Shown piece by piece: positions 29,066-38,619 of a stretch of DNA of 64,000 bases (position 1 is its first letter; every line of letters starts with the position of its first letter). The notes under the pieces were generated by a model. It saw only the letters and a program-made list of their open reading frames with translations. It made no database searches and had not been told where the DNA came from. The stretch is from an uncultured Candidatus Saccharibacteria bacterium (GTDB lineage Bacteria; Patescibacteriota; Minisyncoccia; Phycocordibacterales; CALRHW01): NCBI GenBank assembly GCA_964390845.1, contig CAYMIL010000002.1:108593-172592 (forward strand), read 5' to 3'. The translations under genes were made by a program, and so were the position numbers.

Positions 29066-29452
29066 TTATAACGGCAAGTCTATGGCGTAAAAGCCCGCGC
29101 CAAGGAATATAAGCGAGACAGATATTGCGAGCACAAATACAAGTGGCATGCGGTGAGTGTGTGCGTGCTCTGGTGAGCGAGACGCCACAACATAGACCAG
29201 CATGAGTGCTGTCAGTATCGCAACAACGAGAGCGGCGAGTTGTGTAAAGAGACCAACGACAAGTAGAACACCAGACATGCCATACAAGACAGTGATAATC
29301 CTTCCAACCGAACGCATGCGCTCGGGCATATGCATGGTTCCTGTTTTGAGAATCGTGTAGGAGTTCCATGCGAGAAATGCACCAAGGGTTACTCGCAGAA
29401 GAAATGGCGCGAGGAGTTCTAGACTTAAGAGGGCGGGGAATATGCTCAACAT
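29066..29452 (-). CDS. Small polytopic membrane protein (DoxX-like?)
   Basis: Four hydrophobic helices; start chosen at internal Met. Confidence 0.45.
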   Translation of the reverse strand: MLSIFPALLSLELLAPFLLRVTLGAFLAWNSYTILKTGTMHMPERMRSVGRIITVLYGMSGVLLVVGLFTQLAALVVAILTALMLVYVVASRSPEHAHTHRMPLVFVLAISVSLIFLGAGFYAIDLPL

Positions 29453-29497
29453 GAGGAGATTATACCAAAGCAACAAGAAATGGTGTATGGTGTGGAC

Positions 29498-29968
29498 ATG
29501 AATACATATGTTGTATTGCCAGACATTCGCAGTGTACACAACGTCGGCTCTATTTTTCGGACATCAGATGCCGCGGGTGTTTCTCGGGTGTTTCTCACAG
29601 GGCACACTCCAGCGCCAATAGATCGTTTTGGTCGGGCGCGTGCGGATATTGCAAAGGTTGCACTTGGGGCAGAGAAGACGGTGCCATGGGAATATGTTGC
29701 TGATACGAAAACGCTCATACAGCGCCTTCGTGCAGAAGGGGTGCGTATTGTCGCTGTGGAGCAACATGAACGTTCGGTGGATTATCGACATATTGCACTG
29801 CCTACTGGGGGTGCTGTCGCGTTTATTTTCGGTAATGAAGTCACAGGAATTCCTGAAGACATTCTCTCCTTATGTGACGACATCGCTGAGATTGCGATGC
29901 ATGGTACAAAAGAATCCCTCAACGTATCGGTGGCTGTCGGTGTTGTGTTGTTTGGCTTGTTGCCCTGA
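29498..29968 (+). CDS. trmH: SpoU/TrmH-family RNA 2'-O-methyltransferase
   Basis: SpoU-type motifs (LPDIRSVHNVGSIFRTSDAAG, AFIFGNEVTGI, ESLNVSVAVGVVL). Confidence 0.8.
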   Translation: MNTYVVLPDIRSVHNVGSIFRTSDAAGVSRVFLTGHTPAPIDRFGRARADIAKVALGAEKTVPWEYVADTKTLIQRLRAEGVRIVAVEQHERSVDYRHIALPTGGAVAFIFGNEVTGIPEDILSLCDDIAEIAMHGTKESLNVSVAVGVVLFGLLP

Positions 29969-29972
29969 TGGG

Positions 29973-30785
29973 TTAGTAGGTGTAGACGTCAATCGTTCGT
30001 CCTTCTCTGTCGAGGAGTCTGATTGTGTCGTGTTTTTCTTTCCACAAAATCCCTCGACTACCAAGGTAGACGTGCCAATTGTTTGAGTAAAAATTAGACT
30101 CTTGCGCATGTGTATCAACACATGCGTCGTATGATGCGGCACTGTTGATGTACGCTCTGCATGCGCTTGATAGTCTGCCAACAAGACTCTGTCGAGGAAG
30201 CTCACATGTGTCGAGTGATTGTATAAAATCAACGCAGTCTTCGTCGTTATCCTCAAGCGTTTCTGGAATGTTGTCGAGTGGGTTGGGGCATGAGAAAGGT
30301 ATCTCTGGGATGTATCGTCCAGAATTGTTGAAATAGCCAGTACACCTGTTTAGTTGAAATGATCCAAAGGATGGGGACGATCCAGAGATAAGGTAAAGTC
30401 GACTTTCTTTTGTGAGAACAATGCGGTCGGCATCTTTTCTACCAGGGAGTGGGGAAGCGGTGCCAATCACAGCGCGACTTCCGGTGATGTCGCTTTCAAG
30501 AGACCATCCAGTAATGTCTATTGGTGTTGAGCCAGATGATACATATATGTTTACATATTCCGCAGACGCCACACTTCCAGGGTTCATCACTTCTGAAATG
30601 CCCGCACGAGATGAGTACGGAGAAGAATTTTGATCGTCGGAACGACCAGCGATTTCTGATGTGCCGCCCCAGTTTGAGGCACTTGATGATGTGTTTCTGT
30701 TTGTAACAAGACCGCCAGACTGGTGTACATAGACAACAATCGCAATGATAATCACCAGCGCGGGGAGAAACATCGTTTTTTCCAT
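29973..30785 (-). CDS. Membrane-anchored secreted protein with lamin-tail-domain (LTD)-like module
   Basis: N-terminal TM (MFLPALVIIIAIVVYV); AEYVNIYVSSGSTPIDITGWSLES matches the LTD pattern (E.IEL.N...DLSGW.L). Confidence 0.45.
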   Translation of the reverse strand: MEKTMFLPALVIIIAIVVYVHQSGGLVTNRNTSSSASNWGGTSEIAGRSDDQNSSPYSSRAGISEVMNPGSVASAEYVNIYVSSGSTPIDITGWSLESDITGSRAVIGTASPLPGRKDADRIVLTKESRLYLISGSSPSFGSFQLNRCTGYFNNSGRYIPEIPFSCPNPLDNIPETLEDNDEDCVDFIQSLDTCELPRQSLVGRLSSACRAYINSAASYDACVDTHAQESNFYSNNWHVYLGSRGILWKEKHDTIRLLDREGRTIDVYTY

Positions 30786-30790
30786 AGTCT

Positions 30791-31705
30791 TTATTGTAGG
30801 AGCTTTTGGTGTTTGGTGCAAAAGTGAGCACTTCGGCCACTGATCACTATTCGAGCAATGGTGCCCGCGCAACCACGTTTGACACATCGCTCTCCGGTGC
30901 GCTGGTATGCTCGGTGAGCACCCTGAAATGAGCCCTTGTTTCCATGGATATCTCTATAATCTGACGTTGAATCTCCGCCCAAACCAACGCCCGTTGTCAG
31001 TACTGGTCGTATTGCTTTAAAGATGCATGTGAGTGCTTTGCGGGAAAGAGACCCCACCGGTGTCGCGGGGTGAATTCCGGCTCGCCACAAAATCTCATCA
31101 GAATAAATGTTGCCGATACCAGCGATGAGTGCTTGGTCCATGAGCACACTTTTTATGCGTCCCTTTGGCTTGGTACGAACAGCTTGTGTAAATAGTGCAA
31201 GGGTATATGTGGGAGATGTTGGGTCTGGGCCAATGTGTGCAAGGTCTTTGGAGTGTGCGATCGTGTCTGTCGCAAGGAGTGTTACTTTTGCAAACCGGCG
31301 CATATCAGAGAGGGCGAGATGGTGTTTGTTTGAAAGTGTGAGTACAAAATGTATCCATTGATTGAATGGATCGTCGCGCAGAGGTCCTGCAGTTGTTGCG
31401 CGCCATAGTCTGCCATTGCGCGCATACGTGCCGTAGAGGAGATGTCCTGTCATTTTCATGTGCACAAGAATCGTGAGATTTTTTTCAAGATGGATGAGAA
31501 TATTTTTACCAACTCTGCTGACAGACAACACTTTTTTCCCGACAACGTGTGAGCGAAATGTTTTGAAGAACGACGGATTTTTTATATTGTCTTTGCCTGC
31601 ATGGAAGGCGCTCTTGTAGTCTGTCCACGCATCAGTGATACGCAGGCCAGGGAGGACCGTTTGCAGACCCGAGCTTGTAGTGTGTACTTCTGGGAGTTCT
31701 GGCAT
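30791..31705 (-). CDS. mutM: Formamidopyrimidine-DNA glycosylase Fpg/MutM
   Basis: N-terminal MPELPEV; H2TH; C-terminal zinc finger CVKRGC...HFCTKHQ. Confidence 0.9.
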   Translation of the reverse strand: MPELPEVHTTSSGLQTVLPGLRITDAWTDYKSAFHAGKDNIKNPSFFKTFRSHVVGKKVLSVSRVGKNILIHLEKNLTILVHMKMTGHLLYGTYARNGRLWRATTAGPLRDDPFNQWIHFVLTLSNKHHLALSDMRRFAKVTLLATDTIAHSKDLAHIGPDPTSPTYTLALFTQAVRTKPKGRIKSVLMDQALIAGIGNIYSDEILWRAGIHPATPVGSLSRKALTCIFKAIRPVLTTGVGLGGDSTSDYRDIHGNKGSFQGAHRAYQRTGERCVKRGCAGTIARIVISGRSAHFCTKHQKLLQ

Positions 31706-31753
31706 GTGCTGATTATATACAAACCCACACGATTGTCATGATATACTTTCGCC

Positions 31754-32614
31754 ATGAAAAACCTCGTCGTCCTCGCGGTAGCCTCGGCCCTCGTTGTTGC
31801 CATTTCTGTTTTCGCCGCTGGTGACAGCAATGCGCATGATAGCGCACCTGTGACTCCTGAGAAAAAAGTCCGTGTGCTCATTGTCGTCGGACACGACAAT
31901 GCGGTGTGGGGCGCCCAGTTTAAACAGGTGCGAGAAGTAGACCTCAACAGAGAGTTGGCGCTTCATGTGTATGACTTGCTCAAAACAGATCCACTCTTTG
32001 ATCCAGTTATTACACAGCGAGACGGCGACTATATCCCAGAGCTTTTAGATTTTTTTAGTACGCGAGAAAAAGATATTCGGGCATTTCGCGAAGAACGTAA
32101 ACGTTTGTATGTGGGGGAGATGGGGAAGGCTGCGTATGAGCCGGATGATGTTAAACACAATCGTGTGACCGACGATGTGGCGATGACACTCTACGGCACT
32201 ACTCTGTGGTCAAAGGAGCAACATGTCGACGCAATTATTAATGTTCATTTTAATGATTATCCTGGACGCCCATATGGAAAAGCTGGTGTGTATAAAGGAT
32301 TTTCGCTGTATGTCCCAGATATGAGTTTGCGTAACGGCGCGATGAGTCGGCCTCTGGGTGAGGCTGTATATGCCGAGCTTCTAAAGACTCAACCGCCAAG
32401 TAATTTGCCGGTTGAAGCAGGTGGGGTACTTGAGAGTAAAGACCTGATTGCGCTTGGTGCGCGAAATAGTTTGGATATTCCAGCGATACTTGTTGAATAT
32501 GCGTATATTGCAGAACCACGACTCCATGACGCTGGTCGTGATGACGTATTGTGGGGAATGGCTCAGGCGACGTATCGAGGTATTAAGAATTTCTATACAG
32601 AATCTACGCCCTAG
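31754..32614 (+). CDS. N-acetylmuramoyl-L-alanine amidase (Amidase_3-like), secreted
   Basis: Signal peptide; VLIVVGHDNAVWGAQ...EVDLNRELALHV...ILVEYAYIAEP pattern of Amidase_3. Confidence 0.6.
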   Translation: MKNLVVLAVASALVVAISVFAAGDSNAHDSAPVTPEKKVRVLIVVGHDNAVWGAQFKQVREVDLNRELALHVYDLLKTDPLFDPVITQRDGDYIPELLDFFSTREKDIRAFREERKRLYVGEMGKAAYEPDDVKHNRVTDDVAMTLYGTTLWSKEQHVDAIINVHFNDYPGRPYGKAGVYKGFSLYVPDMSLRNGAMSRPLGEAVYAELLKTQPPSNLPVEAGGVLESKDLIALGARNSLDIPAILVEYAYIAEPRLHDAGRDDVLWGMAQATYRGIKNFYTESTP

Positions 32615-33900
32615 GAAAGTGCTCGCTCGAGCTCCTCGCGGGCGACGTCGGCGTCGCTCCACGGCTCTTTCACTCCCTGTGCTCTCATGATATATGGGTC
32701 AGTTCCTTTTCCTGTAATCAGGACGACGTCGCCCGCGTTCGCTTCTTTGATAGCTGTCGCAATAGCCTCTCGTCTGTCCATAATAATCTGGTAGGGCACA
32801 CGGGTAATACCTTCTGTCATATCCTCAACAATTTTTCGTGGGTCATCATCGTACGGATCTTCGTCAGTCAAAATAATTGCATCGCAATACGCGTCGGCAA
32901 TAGCACCCATTTCTTTTCGTTTCCATGTGTCGCGTCCACCACCTGTATTTCCAAGAACACAAATTTTCCGTTTGTCTGCAAATGCAGTGTAGAGCTTTTC
33001 AAGTGAGTCTGCGGTGTGCGCATAATCAACGACGACTTCAATCTGCTGTCGTGTGCCCGCATCTCCTCGCGCCACAATACGCTCAACGCGTCCTTTTATC
33101 TGCGCAACACCAGCAAGGGCATCTCGTATAATGTCTGTCGATACTCCGAGTGCTGAGGTTGCTGTCACTGCGGCGAGTGCGTTGTATACATTAAAGAGTC
33201 CGGTGAGTGGCGCGACGATACGTTCTTTGTTAAAGGTAAATGAGACGGTGTGCTCGTCTAATGAGTAGGGCTCTGCGTCAGTGAGTGAAAATGCAAGCGC
33301 GTGTGACGCGGGAAGCGAGAGGTAAAATGTACTCTCTACATCATCCTTGTTTGCGACAATCCAGGTTTCTTTTTTCGATGACTGAGCAAGTGCTCTTCCA
33401 ATCGATCGTTTTGCATCGCGGTACTTTTCAAACGAACCGTGAGATTCAATGTGTTCTGGAGAGAGGTTGGTAAATACAAGCATGTCGAGCGCAATACCGC
33501 GGTGTCGGTACTGGCGAGCACCCTCGGATGTAATTTCCATCACAACGTGCGTACAGTGAGCGGCGCGTGCTCGCGCGAGAAACTGTTGCATAAACAATCG
33601 TCCAGGCATCGACATCTTATAGAGGTTTGGTGTGCTATTTCCTGCAACACTAAAGCGAATCGTATTTGATACCGCAACTGTGTGTCCTGCGCGCTCAAGA
33701 ATTGTCGCAATAAGTTCGGTTGTTGTAGATTTTCCTTTCGTTCCCGTTACACCAATGACGCACATCTTACGAGAAGGGAAGCCATAGACAAGGGCTCCGA
33801 CATACGCGAGCATAAAATGATAGAGTGGCTGAAATGTTTTAAATACAGGAGCTGGAATAATTTTTTTAAGTTGTCGGAGCATGTTATGTTCGTGAGCCAA
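32611..33900 (-). CDS. murE: Mur ligase family protein (MurE-like)
   Basis: Mur ligase P-loop VIGVTGTKGKSTTTEL; central and C-terminal Mur ligase domains. Confidence 0.75.
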   Translation of the reverse strand: MAHEHNMLRQLKKIIPAPVFKTFQPLYHFMLAYVGALVYGFPSRKMCVIGVTGTKGKSTTTELIATILERAGHTVAVSNTIRFSVAGNSTPNLYKMSMPGRLFMQQFLARARAAHCTHVVMEITSEGARQYRHRGIALDMLVFTNLSPEHIESHGSFEKYRDAKRSIGRALAQSSKKETWIVANKDDVESTFYLSLPASHALAFSLTDAEPYSLDEHTVSFTFNKERIVAPLTGLFNVYNALAAVTATSALGVSTDIIRDALAGVAQIKGRVERIVARGDAGTRQQIEVVVDYAHTADSLEKLYTAFADKRKICVLGNTGGGRDTWKRKEMGAIADAYCDAIILTDEDPYDDDPRKIVEDMTEGITRVPYQIIMDRREAIATAIKEANAGDVVLITGKGTDPYIMRAQGVKEPWSDADVAREELERALS

Positions 33901-34468
33901 GAATTTTAAGTGCGTGCTTTACCTTTTCAGATGCGTTGTCGATGTCGTGAGGAATCTTGTGAAGTGCATCTCGTGCTTCTGCGTGCGAGTAACCAAGGGC
34001 TTTAAGTGCTTCGATAGCATCGGAATCTTTCTGCGTGTGAAGCCCGTCAGTGCCGATCCCATCAAACTTACCCTTTAGCTCGAGAACAATCTTTTCGGCA
34101 ACCTTCTTTCCAACACCAGATACTTTTGTGAGGTAGGTGCTGTCGCCAGAAGATATCGCCATACGGACAGTTTCGGGCATAACGACGGACAATATGCCGA
34201 TTGCTGTTTTGGGCCCTATGCCTGAGACGGTGATAAGAAGCTCAAAAAGGTCGAGGTCTTCTTTTGTGAGAAAGCCGTACAAATCAAGAGCATTTTCTCT
34301 TACGGCAAGGTATGTCCATAGACGTGCTTCAGTATCGTTGGGAAGGGCGTTGAGGGTGGATGGGGCACAGGTTATACGGTAGCCCACACCGCCGACGTCG
34401 ATGACGGCCATGCGGAGGTCTTTGTGTACGATGGTTCCTCGCAGTTGGGAAATCATGGCTGTAATCAT
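33884..34468 (-). CDS. ruvA: Holliday junction DNA helicase subunit RuvA
   Basis: N-terminal OB fold (MISQLRGTIV...GVGYRI); HhH motif region (VSGIGPKTAIGILS). Confidence 0.9.
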   Translation of the reverse strand: MITAMISQLRGTIVHKDLRMAVIDVGGVGYRITCAPSTLNALPNDTEARLWTYLAVRENALDLYGFLTKEDLDLFELLITVSGIGPKTAIGILSVVMPETVRMAISSGDSTYLTKVSGVGKKVAEKIVLELKGKFDGIGTDGLHTQKDSDAIEALKALGYSHAEARDALHKIPHDIDNASEKVKHALKILGSRT

Positions 34469-34531
34469 AGCAGAAGTTGCCTCCTGGGGCGATATGTGCT
34501 ACGATGCTCGATACGTTTTTATACAAAGAAC

Positions 34532-34795
34532 ATGCCAATCACTGATTCAGCAAAAAAGGCACTACGAAACTCTGCGCGAAAGCGTGTGTTTAACGCACGC
34601 CGAAAAGCGGATCTTCAGACGACGATGAAGAAAATAAAGAAGCTTGTGGTTGCTGGTGACAAAAAAGAGGCACAGAAATTTATGTCTCAGGTCCAGAAAA
34701 CCCTCGATAAGGCGACAAAAACTGGTCTTATCAAGGCAAACACAGCATCTCGCAAGAAATCTCGTATTGCTGCGATGATAAAGAAAATCGCATAA
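34532..34795 (+). CDS. rpsT: 30S ribosomal protein S20
   Basis: MPITDSAKKALRNSARKRVFNARRK... typical S20; followed by a strong terminator. Confidence 0.9.
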   Translation: MPITDSAKKALRNSARKRVFNARRKADLQTTMKKIKKLVVAGDKKEAQKFMSQVQKTLDKATKTGLIKANTASRKKSRIAAMIKKIA

Positions 34796-34797
34796 AC

Positions 34798-34827
34798 AAA
34801 AAAACCGCCCCGAGGCGGTTTTTTTGT
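34798..34827 (+). terminator. Rho-independent terminator after rpsT
   Basis: CCGCCCCGAGGCGG hairpin + TTTTTTT. Confidence 0.75.
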
Positions 34828-34830
34828 TCG

Positions 34831-34905
34831 TGGTGCTCTCAGTAGGAATCGAACCTACATCGCAAGCTCCGCAAGCTCGCATTCTATCCATTGAACTATG
34901 AGAGC
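34831..34905 (-). tRNA. tRNA-Arg (anticodon GCG), CCA encoded
   Basis: Hand-folded: acceptor GCTCTCA/TGAGAGC, anticodon stem CGAGC/GCTTG with loop TTGCGGA, T-loop TTCGATT. Confidence 0.7.
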
Positions 34906-34932
34906 GATGAAAGCAAGGGTAGCATAAAACAC

Positions 34933-35400
34933 CTAAAAGCCCAAGTATTCAAATATCTTTTGAAGGAGAGGTTCTTCTAGTTTTGTCTCGTAGAGATTTT
35001 CTCTCAAGATGTTTCGCACTTCTTCAATTGGCACATCAGTAAGGTGTATTACAAGGAGGGGGATAAATGTACGATCTATTTTCACAAGCAGGGTGGGAGG
35101 CTCTTCATCTTGGTTTATCCAAAAAGAAACGAGAGACTCGTATTGGTAGCGCATCCGGTCTATCTGTATTCCTCGGTCATCTATGCGGACATCAAAGATG
35201 CGGGGTTTGCGCGTGCTATGCATCGCCATCGATGCTGCGCCAATGAGAATGACGACAGCAAAGAGAATGTTGTTGAGAATAATCGCAGTAACGGCTACAG
35301 AAATGGCAACGATGCCGACTGCCCAGTACCAGTCAGGATTTTTTTCTTCGTGTTGATGTTCAAGTGCGCGCCACTCAATAGGAGATAGTGCCATGCGCAT
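34933..35400 (-). CDS. Hypothetical membrane protein (2 TM)
   Basis: Hydrophobic helices (WYWAVGIVAISVAVTAIILNNILFAVVILIGAASMAM). Confidence 0.45.
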   Translation of the reverse strand: MRMALSPIEWRALEHQHEEKNPDWYWAVGIVAISVAVTAIILNNILFAVVILIGAASMAMHSTRKPRIFDVRIDDRGIQIDRMRYQYESLVSFWINQDEEPPTLLVKIDRTFIPLLVIHLTDVPIEEVRNILRENLYETKLEEPLLQKIFEYLGF

Positions 35401-35420
35401 ATTGTAACATGTCGTGTTGT

Positions 35421-36029
35421 CTATGCACGGGCAATTCCTTCGTAGTTGTAGATAAGTATGCTACGTGGTTCTGCTGAGCAGGTGATGTGTTCGATAGTAA
35501 ACCCCGCTTTGGTAAGCGCATCAGAAATGTGTCTGTTGTGATGACAGTTTCCAGTGAAATGCCGCATCAGTAGTGTCCAGATAGTTTGTATGAATCGCAC
35601 GAAGTATCGAGGAGAAGCGCCGTGATCAACAAAGATAAAAACACCAGTGGGCTTTAGTATTCGTTTTATTTCCGAAAGAGTTTGTGAAAGATTGGCGACG
35701 CTACACAGTGTCCATGTCGATACTACGGTATCTATGCAATGGTCAGGAAGGGGTATGTTTTCTGCCCCAGTGTTTAAAAACTCTACCGCAAAAGGCACGG
35801 TAGACATCTTTTCTTTAGACCGTGTGATAAGTGCCTCGATCGGCTCGACAGCGTAGAGTTTGTCGATGTGCGGGTAAAAGGGGAAGTTGTAGCCAAGTCC
35901 GGAGCCAATTTCGAGCACTGTTCCTGTTGCTTGAGCAAGTACTTCTTTCCGTATCGCTTGAATCTCGGGTGATCCAAGTTCGCGCGCAAGAATCAGAGGC
36001 ATTATTGTTCTTTGGTACCACGTTGACAC
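35421..36029 (-). CDS. Class I SAM-dependent methyltransferase
   Basis: Motif I VLEIGSGLGYNF; Methyltransf_11-like spacing. Confidence 0.75.
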   Translation of the reverse strand: MSTWYQRTIMPLILARELGSPEIQAIRKEVLAQATGTVLEIGSGLGYNFPFYPHIDKLYAVEPIEALITRSKEKMSTVPFAVEFLNTGAENIPLPDHCIDTVVSTWTLCSVANLSQTLSEIKRILKPTGVFIFVDHGASPRYFVRFIQTIWTLLMRHFTGNCHHNRHISDALTKAGFTIEHITCSAEPRSILIYNYEGIARA

Positions 36030-36455
36030 CCTGTTAGCTTATGCTTGTTTGTTGGAAATATCAACGTATACGGTGAGTGTGGTTAAAAAATACAGACCAG
36101 TCGCGAGACTGGTCTGTGTGGCTTACGTGCATGTACGCAGTCCCCGCAGGGAAGAGATGTCGACAATCTGCACACCCACAATGCGTTCTTCGTTCTGCGG
36201 GTGGTGGAGAATGCGAATTCGACTCTCGTGAGACGGTTGGCGGGATACGTAGCCCACGTCCTCCTCAAGGTAGATGAGCATGTCCATGGCCTTCTGGTAC
36301 CTGAGGGTGGGTACAAAGCTTGTGGGCTCACGTGAGGCCCCGATGCCGAGTTCTTGGAAAAGATAGTGTTCTAAGGAGTGCACGAGACGCCTTTCTCAAA
36401 AGGTGCGAGGGTTCTAGAGCTTTAGTATACACTATGTGTGTCGTGCGGGTACTGT

Positions 36456-36545
36456 TGGCGGAGGAGGTGAGATTCGAACTCACGGGACCCTTACGAGCCC
36501 TCTAGTTTTCAAGACTAGTGCATTCGACCACTCTGCCACTCCTCC
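36456..36545 (-). tRNA. tRNA-Ser (anticodon TGA), CCA encoded
   Basis: Acceptor GGAGGAG/CTCCTCC; anticodon loop CTTGAAA; long variable arm; T-loop TTCGAAT. Confidence 0.9.
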
Positions 36546-36589
36546 AATATTGGCCATACGATACAGCCAATAGGTCTATCTTTAATTGT

Positions 36590-36847
36590 TTACTGTGCGT
36601 CTTCTTCCGCTTTCTCTTCTGTCTCGGATACCACTGTATATTTTCTTGCGATGAAATACAAGTAGATGATGTCCGCAATACCAAGTGTGTTGAGTACGAG
36701 GATTATGATAAACCATCTCTTGTGGGAGAGGCGAGCCGCTTTCCAAAGGGCTAGACCTTTCCAAAACAATGTCCACGCGAGAAGGATAACGAGGAGCGCG
36801 GGGCTTTGTCCAAAGACTGTTTGTGCTTGTTCGATTCCTGTAAGCAT
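36590..36847 (-). CDS. Small membrane protein (2 TM)
   Basis: Start chosen at internal Met MLTGIEQAQ...; two hydrophobic helices; acidic C-terminal tail. Confidence 0.4.
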   Translation of the reverse strand: MLTGIEQAQTVFGQSPALLVILLAWTLFWKGLALWKAARLSHKRWFIIILVLNTLGIADIIYLYFIARKYTVVSETEEKAEEDAQ

Positions 36848-36885
36848 GGGGCCATGATAGCAAAAAAATCTGATATAGTGAACCC

Positions 36886-37278
36886 ATGCGATACATGGGT
36901 ATAGACTTCGGTACAAAACGTATAGGCATCGCGCTTTCAAATGAAAGCAATGAATTTGCCTTGCCGCACTCTGTTGTGAAAAATGACGCGCGCCTGATGC
37001 CGACACTTGAGGGTCTGTGTGCAGAGTACAACGTGTCGACAATTGTTGTGGGGGAGTCTAAAGATTTTTCTGGTAAAGATAATCCAGTGATGGAGCACAT
37101 TCGTGAATTTATCGGTCAGATGTCTTTGGAAATCCCAGGTGTTCGCATCGAGCTTGAGCCAGAGTTTCTCACGTCGCATCAGGCGCACCACATACAAGGC
37201 AAGACGCCGTTGCTCGATGCGTCATCGGCGGCGATTATACTGCAGAGCTTTTTAGATAAACAGAAACATTCACAATAA
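36886..37278 (+). CDS. ruvX: YqgF/RuvX-family pre-16S rRNA nuclease / putative Holliday junction resolvase
   Basis: GIDFGTKRIGIALS N-terminal RNase H-like motif. Confidence 0.85.
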   Translation: MRYMGIDFGTKRIGIALSNESNEFALPHSVVKNDARLMPTLEGLCAEYNVSTIVVGESKDFSGKDNPVMEHIREFIGQMSLEIPGVRIELEPEFLTSHQAHHIQGKTPLLDASSAAIILQSFLDKQKHSQ

Positions 37279-37283
37279 TAACC

Positions 37284-37631
37284 ATGATTACAATTGATGA
37301 TTTTAAAAAGGTAGAAATACGAGCAGGTAAGATTGTATCTGCAGAAAAAGTTCCTGATGCAGACAAGCTCTTGCGTCTCACGGTAGATTTCGGTGAAGCA
37401 ACACCCCGACAGATCGTGTCTGGTATCTCTATGTATTACCCAGACCCATTGGCTCTGGTGGGGAAGACACATGTCTTTGTTACCAACCTTGAGCCGCGCA
37501 CAATTCGTGGCCTTGAAAGCAATGGAATGATACTCGCGCTCGCATCGGATACAGGAAGTCCGGACACAGCTCCAGCATTTGCACTTCTTGAACCTTCCGT
37601 ACCAGTTCCTCCCGGTACGACTGCACGATAA
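37284..37631 (+). CDS. tRNA-binding domain protein (CsaA/Trbp111-like)
   Basis: IDDFKKVEIRAGKIV...KLLRLTVDFGE...RQIVSGI OB-fold tRNA-binding pattern. Confidence 0.75.
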   Translation: MITIDDFKKVEIRAGKIVSAEKVPDADKLLRLTVDFGEATPRQIVSGISMYYPDPLALVGKTHVFVTNLEPRTIRGLESNGMILALASDTGSPDTAPAFALLEPSVPVPPGTTAR

Positions 37632-37650
37632 ATGGTATATAATAAGTGCA

Positions 37651-38613
37651 ATGAGTACGCGAAAGAATTTCTTTGATTTTTTTCCTCCTCCCGCGTTTCT
37701 TGAAATGCCGTCTGTTGGTTTCTCTGTATCGGATACTGCACTGAGGTTTGTGGAGTTGCATCGCAAGAGCGATTCTTTTGTGTTGGGCAATTATGCTGAG
37801 CGTCCTATTCCTACGGGCGCGGTCGACGCTGGATACGTGCACAAGCCAGAGGAGATTGTGAATATTATTAAGGCGATTAAGCAGGAATATGGTTTGTCGT
37901 ATGTAAAAGCAACGCTTCCTGAAGAGAAAGCTTTTGTGTATCGAACACAGATTCCGCTTGTATCTGCAGATGAGCTTCGGGGAAGTGTTGAGTTTACACT
38001 TGCAGAAAACATTCCCGTTGAGCCGGCAGATACTGTTTTTGATTTTTCTGTTATCCCAACAGAACAGCCTGCCGATCATATCGAAGTTGCTGTTTCCGCG
38101 GTGCCCAACAAAGTTATTGAAACATATCTCGCGCTGTTTACAGACGCTGGTCTGACAGTTACAGAGTTTGAGCTCGAGTCTCAGGCGATAGCGCGGTCGG
38201 TTATTGCTCCGCACGATCCAACACCACACCTTATCGTCAATCTCGAGCGACTAAAAACAGGTTTTTATATTGCTATTGGCGACTCTGTTCAATTTACATC
38301 AACAATGTCTATCACCGCGGAATCCCTACAGGAGCTTGGTGACGAGATTAGTAAAATATATTGGCACGCGCACGGTGAGAAAAAAGAAAAGGGAACAGTG
38401 AAGATTGGTAAAATTATTTTGTGTGGGGAGGGTGCAACACGTGTTGGTATAAAAGAATTTATCACAGCACATGTTGGTATTCCGACTGAGGTTGCAAACG
38501 TGTGGCTCAATGCTTTTTCACTCGACACGTATATCCCAGATATTACACGGGACGAATCTCTCGGTTTTGCGGCGGCTGTGGGCCTTGCGCTTCCGTCTCG
38601 ACACGATGCATAA
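37651..38613 (+). CDS. pilM: Type IV pilus assembly protein PilM (actin-like)
   Basis: Start at MSTRKNFF; actin/FtsA-like fold length; followed by PilN/PilO-like bitopic proteins. Confidence 0.75.
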   Translation: MSTRKNFFDFFPPPAFLEMPSVGFSVSDTALRFVELHRKSDSFVLGNYAERPIPTGAVDAGYVHKPEEIVNIIKAIKQEYGLSYVKATLPEEKAFVYRTQIPLVSADELRGSVEFTLAENIPVEPADTVFDFSVIPTEQPADHIEVAVSAVPNKVIETYLALFTDAGLTVTEFELESQAIARSVIAPHDPTPHLIVNLERLKTGFYIAIGDSVQFTSTMSITAESLQELGDEISKIYWHAHGEKKEKGTVKIGKIILCGEGATRVGIKEFITAHVGIPTEVANVWLNAFSLDTYIPDITRDESLGFAAAVGLALPSRHDA

Positions 38614-38619
38614 ACGACC

